A stretch of DNA of 62,977 nt, filler included, from Dirinaria sp. TL-2023a (lineage: Eukaryota): NCBI GenBank assembly GCA_051941275.1. It is 5 parts of 5 records of this genome, joined end to end, with 100 filler letters (N's around TTAATTAATTAA, not from the genome) between each part and the next. Parts side by side here need not be neighbours in the genome. Positions count along the whole stretch, not along the records: positions 25,242 to 37,759 come from JAVEBF010000759.1; positions 37,860 to 50,369 come from JAVEBF010000760.1; 3 more parts are not named here. The stretch is one strand, 5' to 3'. The notes beneath the pieces were generated by a model, which saw nothing but the letters and a program-made list of their open reading frames with translations, had not been told where the DNA came from and made no database searches. Below, piece after piece: positions 25,242 through 38,502 of this stretch (position 1 is the first letter of the stretch; each line of letters begins with the position of its first letter). The translations under genes were made by a program, and so were the position numbers.

Positions 25242-25521
25242 TCTCGCTTTCTATTACATTTAATGGGACCTTGCAGCCTGACTAGATGTTTGGGACAGAG
25301 AGAGATGAGATGCTTAAGCAATAAGTATGGACTTTTGAAGCATGAGAATGCACCGATGCCGCTGTAAATTGACATGCCAAGAGATTAGATTCCAGCCTTA
25401 TCAGGCTGAATCTGATCTCTGCCATGGGCTCCTCATGAAATGCACCCCAGGAATCCCTTGACTATGTAGTTCCGAGTCCTTCTTATATAGCTCGGCAAAG
25501 TCTTAGAACTAGTTTGAAAAG

Positions 25522-26564
25522 ATGCCTGTACGTTATTCAAATACAATACCACTTAGCCAGAAAGCTGACACGCTCCTAGGCCTACCACTCCGTATTCCTC
25601 AACGACCAAGATGTCCGAGTAATAGGTAGGTACCTAGCTACCCACCCTTCTCTTACCAGCCCCGTTCCCCATGCGCGGCTCCCTTCTCTCTCCCTCCCTC
25701 TCCCTCTCTCTCTCTCTCCCATTACTAAACACCATACATAACATATCCAGGCAACTTCGCCCTCCTGCCCCTGCGCACTCGAACGCGCGGGCCCGCCTAC
25801 ACACTCCCTCAACTCCCCCCCGGCACATCCGAGCTGGACATCGACGGCAACGACGAATCCTACGACCCTTTAGACGAGATCCTGTCCCTCTTCCGCGCGA
25901 ACACCTTTTTCCGGAATTTCGAGATCAAGGGCCCCGCCGATCGGTTACTGATATATGGGATCCTGTTCGTGAGTGAATGTTTGGGGAAAATCAAGCCTAC
26001 GATGGGGAAGAAGGATGCGGAGAAGGTGCGTGTTTGTGTGTGCGCTGGCTTTTGAAAACCCCTTTGTTATGCGCCTTTTCTTTCTCGAAAGCGAATCTTG
26101 GGTAGACAATGGGTTTTGGGTGGAGTGCGGTGGCAAGAGCTGTGTATGTATGTATGTGCAGTCAGCCGGGATCTGACTTTCTGGTGTGCGTTTGTTTTTA
26201 TAGGCACTATTGAATACGGCGCTGGATCAGTTCGCCATACCGGGAGATGCGAGTTTCCCCCTCAATCAAGCTTTCGAGGCACCGAGGGACAGGCAAGATG
26301 CGGAGACGTTGAGGCAGTGGGTTACCCGTCTTACCTCAATCTGAATTTTATGTTCCGGCTCATTCTTTCTACCTAGATACCTGGCTCAGGTACGGCAAGA
26401 GTTGGCGATGAGGCTTCTTGCCCGGGTGTATGCTGATGGCAATGCACCTTCGAAGGTAAGCGTGCAATATTATCCTCGAGCATTCTTTTACTGGGTTGGC
26501 TGATACTTTTCAACAGTTCTGGTTGAGTTTTACGAAGCGGAAATTCATGGGCAAATCATTATGA
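25522..26564 (+). CDS. ARC18: Arp2/3 complex subunit 3 (p21-Arc)
   Basis: Spliced MP-AYHSVFL...GNFALLPLRTRTRGPA...LFRANTFFRNFEIKGPADRLLIYG...FAIPGDASFPLN...FWLSFTKRKFMGKSL*; five introns. Confidence 0.95.
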
Positions 26565-26684
26565 TAGAGTAGCTAGAAGCTTTGCCATGCCAGTACCTGA
26601 TGCATGCATATATCCTCGTGGCTTATGGGCGAATCGTGTCTGAAATCCACTTTTTTGAATACATGCTAGCTTGCCGTACATTAT

Positions 26685-28492
26685 TTACACCGTCTCAGGA
26701 ACCACTGCGTGACCCTCAATCGCTATCTCTCGGCTGTCTGACGTCGAGCTGTCACCATCGCCTACCTTCCTTCGTTTCTGTTTTCCCCTTGCTTCGACCT
26801 TTCCTTCGGCTGGTATCGCTCTCGTCGCACTGAAGATGTAGCCTTCAGATCCGCCCCGGTCACTCATGAGCGGGTGTGTCCTCCCAGGAAGCACTTGCCA
26901 TGCTCTTGACCTGACTGTGTGAATCGTGGTCGCCAGCAAGAAGGTAGGATTCACCGGAAAGTCCTTTGTGGGCATCGAGTCCGGATCCGGGGGGTCTGCG
27001 GTGAAGGCGCTTCGGCGGCCAGATGAGTACAGATCGGCAAGTTCTGTCAATGGTTCGATGTTGGGAGAATACACCACGATTGGAGCTCCACCTCGCAATA
27101 ACGGCACAGTGTGCTGCAGAATCGTTACGAGGCTCATGGCCGAAGCGACCACAAGGCCGTCAAATTCGCCATCACGAGTTTGATCAACAGTGGACTTGAT
27201 CCGTTCCCAACGCCGTCGTTTACGGTAATAGTTTCCCCTCCGACCACTCTTCCATGATTGAATCACTTCTTCCGGGAAAATATCTGGTTCCATGTAGCCT
27301 AGATCCTCCTCAGGCACCAGTAGTTGCAGCCACGTGATGGTTCTCAAATGCCGGTAGAGAGGATGAGAGACTGACGGATTGCCAAAATCGAAGCCGAAAT
27401 ACCTGAGTAACGCAAGATTGGGCTGCGAATTTGCGTGCACAATGGTTATCGTATTCCCATTTGCTATTTTGACCGACTTTCGGCTGGATGACGGGCCCAG
27501 TGACTGTGATGCGTGGCTTCTTTTCGAAGCGTCATCATGGAGGAGCACGTTGGCATTGGTTGTGCAAAGTTGACCGGGGTCGTTTGAACCTTGCTCGTGG
27601 CCATCGAGTTCATGGAGAACCCCCATCTTCTCAGCCATACCAGCCACCAATAACCCTGCTGTCTCGTCTATGGTAAGCCATCGTCCACCGACATTACCTG
27701 TACTGCTTCGACGGTCAAAATGCTCTTCGCTAATGTCAGGGATGCAGTGCACGTTCGACAAGCTGGTAAGAAGAGCCAAGGTTTCCTCTCTAAGTTCCAT
27801 TATCTTCATAGGTTCCTTGCCGTTCAGCACGAATCTAGCCAATGAAGGGACGTCGAGCGGTAGAACAGTAAAGCTTCGCAAGAATTTCCTCGTCTTTCTG
27901 AGGGTATATTTGGCTAAAGCGTACGCAGTCTTTTGATCCAGTGCGACGTGTGAGTCGAGGATTTTAGCAATAAGATCTCGACCGGATCCTGTTCCTTCTG
28001 CCTTCAGTGCCTCAATCTCGTCCATTGTCATAGTCTGGCTCTTGGGATCATCAATGATCCCTCGATTTGTGCGCAACACGACTTCCCCATTCTCACCAAC
28101 GACTTCGTACTCTGTGCCGTCCTTGTCATTAGGTGTTGGATCATCGCCCGTTTCAGCTCCCGAGTTTGCGTTCTCTTCATCGATTTTTGCGTACAGTTCT
28201 GCGGCGCTCACCACACGCAACCCCGTCTTCGACGTTTTCTCTCCATGATCAAGAAGTTCGAAGGTAAGATAGTAGGGTCGGCCGATGACATGATTGGCTT
28301 GAAAACTACCGTACTTACCAATTGAAACAATGCTTCTTTTAATCAGTTTCCAACTAACTGGGCGATGAAGTGATTGCTCACTAAAGCTATGACAACGTAC
28401 GTATTCGGTACCAGCTGAACGAGTTGTAGTGCTTCCGATGGCAGTCGCAAGGCCGCATATGCATTAGGCTGCACATATCCAAAAGGGTCCAT
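26685..28492 (-). CDS. TRM6: tRNA (adenine-58-N1)-methyltransferase non-catalytic subunit
   Basis: N-terminal IGKYGSF...VIGRPYYLTFE, QTMTMDEIEALK, DQKTAYALAKY and WQVLPGRTHPLM (Gcd10p family); one intron near the 5' end. Confidence 0.92.
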
Positions 28493-29143
28493 CTTGAAGC
28501 TTTATCTATCCACTTCATTTATAGTGAGTGCATCATTTTGCGGTACTCGACCAAATTGCAGGACGGGATGCCGGTGGATTTCTCTCAAGTTCCCCTTGTG
28601 GTTTAGCTTGAGGCTTATCGATTGCGGCTCCTTGAGATGTGGCTTGACTGGCTTCTCTCCTTCTCTGGTGGCTTCGCTCATCGCTGGTGGCTCCAGGAAC
28701 GCCCGTACTTTGTGGTCTACCTTGTGGTCTACCTCTTCCCCGGCTCTACAGTACTGTGACAAGCCAGGTTTCTAAGTTTCAGTTCATCGCTTGTTCTCGT
28801 TCTCTATTTGCAGCTCCTCTACAGTCTCTTTTCAGCGCTCTCAATGCGTCAATAGTGGATTACTTGTGCGCAGATTGAACTGCTCTTTGGTTATGTCATA
28901 CAATTTTCGTGGCTTGTACCAAATGCAGCTGCCTTGCACAGCCCATCAACAACAATCCTCTTCGGCGGATTTTTGAATTCCCGCTTTTTGCCTCGCAAAT
29001 GGTGCAGGCAATTTCATGCGAGAGTCTTGCTGCTTCGGCGTTTCTATCAAGTCGTTCGTGGATCGAGCGCTTCTAACGACATGCGAATCCCGCTCACACC
29101 TTCCCTTCCATGACCGCTACTTCAAGCTTGAGGAACACGCACC

Positions 29144-32121
29144 ATGACGTTCCGAAAACATCCAGGTAATGGTGGACGATCGCCTGGACATAGTCCATCT
29201 CTTACCAATCGTACTTCACAAACAACGCCCGAAACTGAGTTGTTGACCAACGCACACGTCAGCGAAAACCCAATACCACAATCCAACGCCAACAACATTC
29301 AGGACGGGAGTCCCTCTGTGGAGAGAACGGGATCAGCAAGATCCGATGCGCCAGATATCAGCGAGCTTCCCCCTCTTCTTTGCACTGCGAGCAGTCAAGT
29401 GAACACTGATGTTTCTTCTGGCTCGCGTGGACCACCGCTGCCACTCGATGCCCCGCAGAGACTTGCAACTCCCGGAACGTCGTCGGGACGCTGGCAATCA
29501 GAAAATCCTTCATCACCAGAAATGCAAAATAATATGGCAACGAACGAGCAGTTTTCAGGATCAGTGAGGTCTACTACAAATAACCCTTTCCGGCATAGCA
29601 CGGAGAAGATACCATTGGCACAGGCAGATCTTTCTACAGAAGCGAGCAGTGCAGAAGCTTGGGCCGGTGAAGCCAATCGAAGTCATGTGCATCCTCAGGC
29701 ATGGACGAATAATGCAGGTAAATGCTTTAGGTCGTTAAAGTTATTCGCGCAGGTATGGCTAACCTTATTATAGTCTATCCGCACTATCAACCGAGTGAGA
29801 ATAGAAATCAGTATTCTCATGTCGACTACGCAGCATTCACTGGGCCATCGATAAGCAGTACCGCTCCCCCAGCGCCACAAAATCAACCCTGGGTTACAAA
29901 TAATATGGAGGGAGAGAAGGACGTGGTGCGCAAAAAGCTTAACATGGAAGAAAATAATCAAGTCCAACCTTACTCGGCCTCACAAGACTCGAACCGTGTA
30001 GCCTTCCACACAGCGTCACCGCAATTCAGTGGACTGCAGGCATCAGAAGGGTCCGAGCTAGAGCGTAGAATCATAGACGTTCTATCATCTGAGACTCTAG
30101 CGAGCACCAACCATGACAAAAGCCTGCCACCACTACCTCCACGAGATGAAGATAGAGGCCCACCACTACCCCCTAGAGCGGCCAGCCAACAGCCCACAAA
30201 TTCAGTAGCCCGTCCTCCTCTTCCTCGAGTGGATACCTCCGTGGGAACGAAGGATGGCACACCAGGTCAAGCACAGCCGGGAACGAAACGTAGCCAGATT
30301 AGGAACCAAAGAAGCGAAACATACCAGATTAGGCTTGTCAACTGGTATGACGCTTCCTCTAATATCAATCCTCGGCGAAGCCCTATTATGGTGCAGAACG
30401 CCAACGGACCATGTCCGTTGCTTGCGCTTGTCAACGCGCTAGCCTTATCTACTCCAGCAGGGCTTTCAACAGCACTGATAGACACGCTTGAAAATAGGGA
30501 GCAGATCAGCCTAGGTTTGCTGCTTGACGCAGTGATTGACGAGTTGATGTCTGGTCGACGGGGCAACGCAGCCCAGAATCTTCCAGATGTTAGTGAGCTC
30601 TACGCTTTCTTAATCAATCTTCACACAGGCATGAACGTCAATCCCCGTTTCGTCCCGTCTGAGTCACAACAACCACATCTATTGGATGCCCCAATCCAGG
30701 AGTTCCCTTACGAAAGCGTGTCTCGTACAAGGTTCGCAGGAGTCTTTGAGGATACAACCGAGATGAAGCTATACAGCACGTTCGCTGTCCCACTGATTCA
30801 CGGTTGGATCCCATCCAGGACTCACCCAGCTTTTGCCGCGCTCGGACGATCAGCGAAGACGTATGAAGATGCACAGAATCTTTTGTTTGCAGAAGAAGAC
30901 TTAGAAGACAAGCTTCAGCGGCAAGGACTTGACCCGAGCGAGCAGTTACTTCTCGAGGACATTGGGAGCATCAAACATTTCCTTTCCTCTTCTGCGACGC
31001 AGCTTACCGGCTACGGACTCGATAGTATAACGGAAGCGCTTGACCCCGGCCAGATAGCGATTCTCTTTCGGAACGACCACTTCAGTACGCTATATAGGCA
31101 CCCCCGATCGGGTGGCTTGTTCTGCTTGGTCACAGATATGGGATATGCCGGGCATGATGAGGTAGTCTGGGAAAGCTTAGTTGATGTGAGCGGAGAAGGC
31201 AGCGAGTTCTTCGCTGGTGATTTTCGAGTGGTGGGAAATAATCAATCAGCGTCGATACATGCAGCCTCTGGAGCCGCTGACGGGTGGACAACTGTGCCAA
31301 GAGCACAACGCAGTAGCAGATTTCCGAGGCAACCGTCAAGAGACAAAAGTGGCAATCCTGGTACAAGTTACCAACAGAGTACCGTGACAGGCTTCGCAAA
31401 CCTTTCTTTACACGGGGAGGATTCGAACCCGAAGTCACCGAACACGGAGCAGGAGGATCACGATTTAGCACTTGCATTGTCACTCCAAGAAGAAGAGGAA
31501 GAGCGAGAACGTCAAGACATTGCTGCACGTAAACGGGAGGATGAACTTTCTCAGGTCTTTCTGGAATCTCAGCCCTCTTCAAAGGGGCGTTCAAGCACCA
31601 AAAGAGGTTCAGATCCCCGCTCAAGCGTTCCCGCTAAGACCAACACTCGTGCAGGGTCGCGATCGAGCCAGACCGCAGGAGCGACTGTCACACCTCGTCG
31701 TGTGCCGCCAGCAGGGTCCGAGGAAGCGGACGAAGCCCCACCTCCATCATATGAGCAGGCAGCCAACGGTCCAGCGTACAATCCGCCGCCAGGCCATCCG
31801 ACGTATGCAAATGCTTCGAGTGGCACGATACGGAACACTCCAAGGCCGCAAGGACGCCAGAGGCAGTCGAGCGCGTACATGGAGACTTCAGCAGCGTTGG
31901 CCAACTCACCTATCACTTCGAGCCCCATCAGCGCCTCCTCTTCGCAACCGCCAACACTATCGGCCCCGTCTCGACGGCAGTACAGCGGCAACAGGGCCAT
32001 ACATCCTAGAGGAGGGTTGAGCGGGGTCGAAGGGGCGCCCGGATTATACAGGCGCAATGGTAATGCAGCTTTGACGGCTGATCAGGCAGACCGGAGTAAG
32101 GGTGATTGTTTGGTTATGTGA
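29144..32121 (+). CDS. MINDY-family (DUF544) K48 deubiquitinase with MIU-like motif, PPxY and CaaX
   Basis: QNANGPCPLLAL (catalytic Cys), LIHGW, FRNDHFST (catalytic His), LVTDMGY, EQEDHDLALALSLQEEE, PPPSY and terminal CLVM; intron ~29718-29772. Confidence 0.92.
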
Positions 32122-34015
32122 GCCAGGGCCCTTGGCATCCGGCGTTGAATATGTACTTGATATGACGAAGACACGACCAAGGAGGAACGGCCGTCACTGC
32201 ATGGCGTTCTAAGATACCAGTGCACTGAAGTATAGGCACATCCGAAAGGCATTTTTGAGCTACTTAAGCAGCTTGCTTGACTCAGTAGTACTTCAAATAA
32301 ATTGAATTATTAATAGAGGACGAATATTAGGTAAGTATGTAGGTAGGTATGTGAAAGTAGACACCCGAGTTGCCCAACAATACAGTAAGGTACGTACTTG
32401 TACTGTAAGTACTCAGTACTGTACCTTACCTCAGCTGTTCCCGCCAAGGCTTCCCTTAACCCAAAACATCCGACCACCATAAAGTCACATGACCGAAAAG
32501 GACCCGGCGCTGCGTCTTGGAGCGGCTTACGCGTGAACCTCTGCATCGGGACGACTCCTGGAACCGATCGAACGAAGAGACCGTTACGTCGTACAGTCCT
32601 AAACTTACGCCGCCGGCTAGATGGAAAGGGAAGTCAGGAGGTACATACCTTACAGTAAGAGCACGATAGAAGGTTCGATTCTGTAGGCGTCATGCCAAGC
32701 CCCTCTCGGCCTATTACCTGCATCTTCTCTACCTTAACGCAGGGCAAAAGCAAGGGGAGGTGGCCGCAACTCCCGTTGGGCCTGCACGATTGGCTCAGAA
32801 TCGACAATAGCAGTGAGGTAGCGGGCATAAATCCCGTCATCACAGGACGTTGGTGATGTTCATTATAATCATCCGGGGCAACGCGGAGGCAAATGCCGCC
32901 CAGGGCAGACACCGCACATGACAGGCGCAAGGAGGGGTTTGCAGCAAGCCAACGCGGAAAGGCTGCTGCAGCTCGCCGCAAATGAGCACAACCGTCGCGG
33001 CTAGAGGTCTAAAGGTCTGGGAACCCGTTTAGTCTGTTCTTCCATCACCAGCCAATAGTCCCAAATCAGTAATAATGATAATGCCGTCGGTCGCTTGAGT
33101 GTTCCATGGAGTTCAGTAAGAGGGCTCATGGATAGGCCGAACACGGAGTGACAGTGGTGATGTTGCGACGGGCTATGTTACAGCGAGACCTCAAGCAGGC
33201 ATTTTGCCCGAGGTAGGGTAGCCCGGCCCCTAAAGGAAACTCCCGTGATTTGGCATCTGGATCAGCCAGATTTCGTGGTCGAATGGTGACCCTCCGGCCT
33301 TCTCGAAGCTTTGAGAAAAGGATCCACCAGAGTGCAAGAGCAAATGATCATAGGACTATAGGAGGGGAGATGGTGGGAGAGGCCCGTAACTTGTACGCAG
33401 TCGTGTTCGCTAGTGTGGTAGCCAGAGATAATGCGCCAATGGGAACTCTGAGGAGGCGGATATTATTTTGTTTGGTCAGACGGGCGCTATAGTTTTTCAA
33501 GCCATGACCGCACAGAACTCGTTGAATAGCTTATGTGGTGTATGCTGCTGGCGTTGAGACGCACTAAGTAATTACAGGATTTCTCCTGTCCGTAATATCT
33601 TATTTCCCCCTTTTTTTGTGTGTGTGTACAGTACAATCAAGATTTGAGCTTGGCAATGCGGTAGTGGAAGTGGTAGGAGTAGTAAGCAATCCTGTTTAGT
33701 GTATGATTAAGGTAACTGTAAAATTCCCCCATCGGCCATCGTCCCCTTAAATCCCTTTAATTCTCAACCCTCATCAAACATGGACCAGGGGTCCACGTTG
33801 CCATCCACTTTAAGTTCGCTACCCGAGTCCGCTAAAGGGTTTAGCGTGATTCAGGCCCGTTTCTGCGTTTCCGAGTCAGATCATCCACCAGCCGGAAGGG
33901 CCAGACACAGACAGGAAAGAGTAAAGTGAAGTAATAAAGGACTGTACTGTAACTCTACTGTACTGGTGGTCGTCCTAAGGTAGCTTGCTTTAGTGACCTG
34001 CTCCCTGCTTCCTGG

Positions 34016-34047
34016 CCCCAGCTCCCAGCTCCCAGCTCCCAGCTCCC
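34016..34047. repeat. (CCCAGCT)n heptamer repeat
   Basis: About four tandem copies upstream of the Pin4-type gene. Confidence 0.8.
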
Positions 34048-34636
34048 TTTCACCACCTCTCCTGCATCCTCCTTGACGCCATCTGAACCCAACATCTGCG
34101 ACCTTCGCATCCCGTCTTGCTTTTCCTTTCAGTTTGAACGGCTTCTTCACACAGATTCACCTTGGTTACCCGTCCTTAATCGCCTCTTCTTTCTCTACCT
34201 TCATTGTCTGACACAACCCACAAGCACAGCAGCTCCCCGGCAACACGCTCAATACTTCAGGTCCTCATTTTTAAACTCCTGGAGATCCTGTGGGCGCATG
34301 ATCACTGTCAGAGCAATGCGTTGATCCCCAGCTCAACAAGTGCCGGTAACTGTCACCTGAGCTGTTGACGAGCTTCACGCAAAGTACGATCCACGATCAC
34401 CATCTGAGCTATTCACCATAATCAAGCTGCGTTTCACATACAAATCTTTCTTCGGCACTCACATAGCACTACAAGCCGGCTCCTGATTCGTTTCTTGATC
34501 TATCAACACCCAGTCTACAGTTTAGCGATCAACATTACTCTCTGGATCATCGGCAATATCGGTACCCGGTTTCGACTCAGTGCTGGCGTCGCATCTCCCA
34601 CATTTAAGTATCAGATCAAAATAGCATCCGAACAGC

Positions 34637-36648
34637 ATGCACAGCCATCATCTTCACCACGATATGTACTACGATCCCATCTCATCCCGCTCTCCAGGAG
34701 CTCATCGTCACCAACAACAGACACTGCATCGGCAACCCTCTCGTCAGTTCGACGCTTACGGCCCCATGCCAAACAACATATATCCGCAAGAAGATCACAA
34801 CCTTCGCTATGACAATAATAGGTTTGACAGGATGAACCAAGGCATGCAGAACGGAGGATACACATACGAGCCGCTCGGGGCTCAGTCTTGGAACCCGACG
34901 GCTTTTGGGGGTGGGAACAGCCAGTTTTCCAATTTTGGTGCGACGGGCCGGATGAAACCACCAGCTAGGGGTCGAAGCGGACTTCCGCCGGTACGTAGAA
35001 ACTTGCGTTGCACATCTAGGAACGTACAGTATCAACAAACCGCTGACATCATGGTCCTTAGACTTGGCTCGATCAGCCGCAGCTTCAATCATCAAATCCA
35101 TTTCCGGGCTTCGGCGGCTCACAGATTGGGGGCTCTCAACTCCGTCAGGAGCAGTACCCCACAGACCCGGACGACGAGCTTATACCTACCGCGATCGTCA
35201 TTAAGAATATTCCATTCGCGGTGAAGAAGGAACAACTTGTGGATATCATGACGCAAATGGGCCTTCCGTTACCATACGCGTTCAACTATCACTTTGACAA
35301 TGGCGTCTTCCGAGGGCTTGCCTTTGCTAACTTCACCTCGGCGGATGAGACTGCTCAAGTCATCTCGGGCCTAAATCATTTTGAGCTGCAAGGTCGAAAG
35401 CTGCGTGTTGAGTACAAGAAGATGCTCCCTCTGCAAGAGAGAGAGCGGATCGAGCGGGAGAAGAGAGAGCGTCGTGGTCAGCTGGAGGAGCAACATCGGC
35501 CTCTGGGAGGCAACCCGCTCCATAACCAGCCGTCGATGTCGTCCATGTCCTCTCACGTCCATGCGAATTCGCCGTCGCCACTATCCGCTCAAAATGGCAG
35601 TCAGCCAGGTACGTCCGGCCCCTTACGCTCCGCCGAATCTACTGACACGGTTATCGCAGGAGTTGATCTCAACGATGCCGCCACGTTGGGCTTTTATTCC
35701 GAACTCCTTCTCTTCAAAGACGACCATTCCAGAGAAGCCTTGATCTTCCCCACCAGCGTGACCCCGGCACAGCGCCGTGTTATCCATACTCTAGCGCATC
35801 ATATGGGGCTCGCTCACATCTCAAATGGGGAGAACGATCGTCGCCAAGTCCATGTATTCCGCGCGCCACAAGGCAGCAACTTGAGTCCACCCATCCCTCA
35901 GGTCTCTACAATCCATGCAGCCAATTCGCAGCGCGGGCTCAACCGAGCTGCAACCATCGATTTCAATGAAGTCCGCAACACGGGGAACGGTGTCTACAAC
36001 ACCTTACGTGGACAGCAATCATCCGGTTTCCTTGGTATCCCAGACTCACCCGGAGGGTTTGGAGCTCAACAGAACCTTCGTGCAGCCAAGTCTTTTGCAG
36101 ATCTGCGGTCGTATACCCCGTCACCGGTCGCCTCAACAGCGAGCTTCCCAGCTGCTCTCAGCTCTCAGGTTGCTAGGCTTCAGACAGAGTACGCCGCTGG
36201 CACTGCTGCCTCTCTGACACCAACCCTGACCCCTGCCGCATCTACATCTGCCATCGGCCAGCATCGCGACGAAGCCAGCACACTTGTGAATGGCTTCAGC
36301 GGTCTGTCACTAGGCGGAAACTCTGGTGGGCAGAGCGCTGGGGCCTCCAACTCAAGCACTTTCGGTCCTGGAGGTCCCAATAGCGGTAGTCCACGACGCC
36401 TCCGTGGAATGTTCTCATGGGATCAAGATACACAAGCCCAACCAACGGGACCCATCGGCAGCAACCGTTCCTTCAGTATGAACTTCGACGATCAATCGCG
36501 TGATCGCTCTGGCAACCTACCAATGCGTCAGCCCCGCGGGCCGGCGGAGCGTGGCACTGGCTTCTCCAGAGGTCGACAAAACGGTCATCAATCGCGCGGT
36601 AGTGACGAAATGCGGTCATCGTCCGGCGTGGAGATTATAGTCGAGTAA
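34637..36648 (+). CDS. PIN4: RRM + R3H RNA-binding protein (Pin4/Cip1-Cip2 type)
   Basis: IPTAIVIKNIPF...PYAFNYHFDNGVFRGLAFANF (RRM), ERIEREKRERRGQL coiled coil, R3H QRRVIHTLAHHMGLAH; two introns. Confidence 0.88.
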
Positions 36649-37759
36649 AGACAGAAAACAACATCTACCCTGGAGAACAAGAGAGACAAACCTCCCAGGC
36701 TTATGGACTCATCCACGACATTATGATGGACGATGATATGATATCTAGAGCAACTACACCCCTGGGGCAACCCAAAAACTTTTCCGGTGAGGATCTTTGA
36801 GCCAGAAATTCGATAAAAATACCGACTGTCCTTGGATGCGGGACCGTATTTCCAGATATTTATCCATCTTGTATCTGACATGCGCGATGGATACCGCATC
36901 TAACTACCTTAATCCCCACATCCTATCTCCCTCTCCTCATTCCCCTGAGACGCTAAGTCTTCTGGTCCATTTGGAAAACCTACTATCATCCGATACCCAA
37001 GTTTTACGATGCCGGTGCCAACCAATGTCTTATGGAGAACGAACGAATCACACACATTTACATTCACTGACCGGATATCTATGGATGGCTTGAGACGGCG
37101 GGAAAAGAAAGTTATGTACGCATGCATGCATTTGTTTGTCTGTTTCTTCCCTTCAGATTGTGATGATACGGGCTATGTTTGTAATCGAGAAGTGACAGCT
37201 CCACAACAACATAGGAGGCTGGGTTTTCCTTTTTTTTTTTTTTTTTTTCTTTTTTAAAATGGACCTCAACTTAATAAAAAGATGCGCGATGTGATGTGCG
37301 AAATGGAAGGGGGGGAAAAAAGTATGGACATGGTGTATGGCTCTTCTAAGTCTTACCTTAGCGGTTACTCTAGCGGCCAGCTTTAGAGTCACCACAGTGT
37401 GTGCATCTTGTCAGATAGTCGGCATGTTGTAAACAAAGTTTTTCTAAATCTTTGAACCCTGGCATCGAGCTTCTCTGCTTCTTGTTTTTCGGGACACATT
37501 TAACCACGGTACTCAACTTCGACCCCCAAAAATCGAAAAACGATCAATTCTGGATCACGCTTCATGATTCCTTCTCTTCCACGCCTCTACCTACCTACCT
37601 ATCTTACACTCTTCTTCGCTTTCCAAACATTCAAAGACCCTCAATACCGCTCCTCAACTTCCCAGCTCATCGAGATCATCTCCCTATCCCCTACCTGAAA
37701 CCTCATATTCATAACCTCCAACCCCATCATCCTTTCTTAACGTATTATCTTATCTTGAC

Positions 37760-37859
37760 NNNNNNNNNNNNNNNNNNNNNNNNNNNNNNNNNNNNNNNNN
37801 NNNTTAATTAATTAANNNNNNNNNNNNNNNNNNNNNNNNNNNNNNNNNNNNNNNNNNNN
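37760..37859. other. Artificial contig linker
   Basis: N44-TTAATTAATTAA-N44. Confidence 0.99.
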
Positions 37860-38502
37860 GGGTGGTAGGGTCCATGGGCACGGTTTCGGTGCCTGCGGGT
37901 AAAGGGTGGCAGTCCACTAGGATGTCGTGGTAGGAGGCTCCGCCGCCTTCGGTCGCGATGATGTGCGCGAAGTCGGCGGGGGTTACTTCGTAGACGACGC
38001 CTACGAGGGGTTTCAGCCAGCGGTTTTTGTGGTATTTCGGTTTGTCTTTTTGAGAGAGGAGGAGCGGGGTGTTCTCGGATTTTTCTGTGGGAGGTTTTTC
38101 GGTGTGGTGACGGTATGCGGTGTTCGCGAAGCAGGGTTCCGTATATGGCAGTCCTGCGAGATCGAAGGTCATGACTAGCGCTGGCACGGCGACGTTGATT
38201 TGGGAGAGGGGCCGGATGCCACGTTTGCCAAGGAATGTTTCCGCGCACAGATTCGAGCCGTAGGCGAGGTAGAGGATCGTTTTCGGCTTCGGCTCGTCGT
38301 CCTTGGAGAGATTGAAGGGGGTTTCTTGGAGGGATTCGTGCTGTCGCTGGCGCGAGGGACATGGGAGATAGCGTTGATAGCATCGTAGATTTGTCGTCGG
38401 TGGAGGCTTTTTCAAGGTCTTCACTTTTGTAAGAGCTGCGCTCGCTTGAGCTTCGATGGGAGAAGCATCTCCTCCCGTCATATCGGAGGATGTGGTAGCC
38501 AT
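37860..38502 (-). CDS. GliK-like gamma-glutamylcyclotransferase, 3' truncated
   Basis: YLAYGSNL, FDLAGLPYTEPCFAN and GVVYEVTPADFAHIIATEGGGASY (GGCT fold). Confidence 0.85.

Noticed and set aside
32672..32682. GGTTCGATTC B-box-like word suggesting a tRNA gene
   Set aside because: No cloverleaf, acceptor stem or A-box found around it; the same applies to GGTTCGAGTT at 11891.
32650..33900. Long gene-free interval as a possible telomerase RNA or other ncRNA
   Set aside because: No convincing CTAACCCTAA-type template or recognisable structure by eye; would need an Infernal search.
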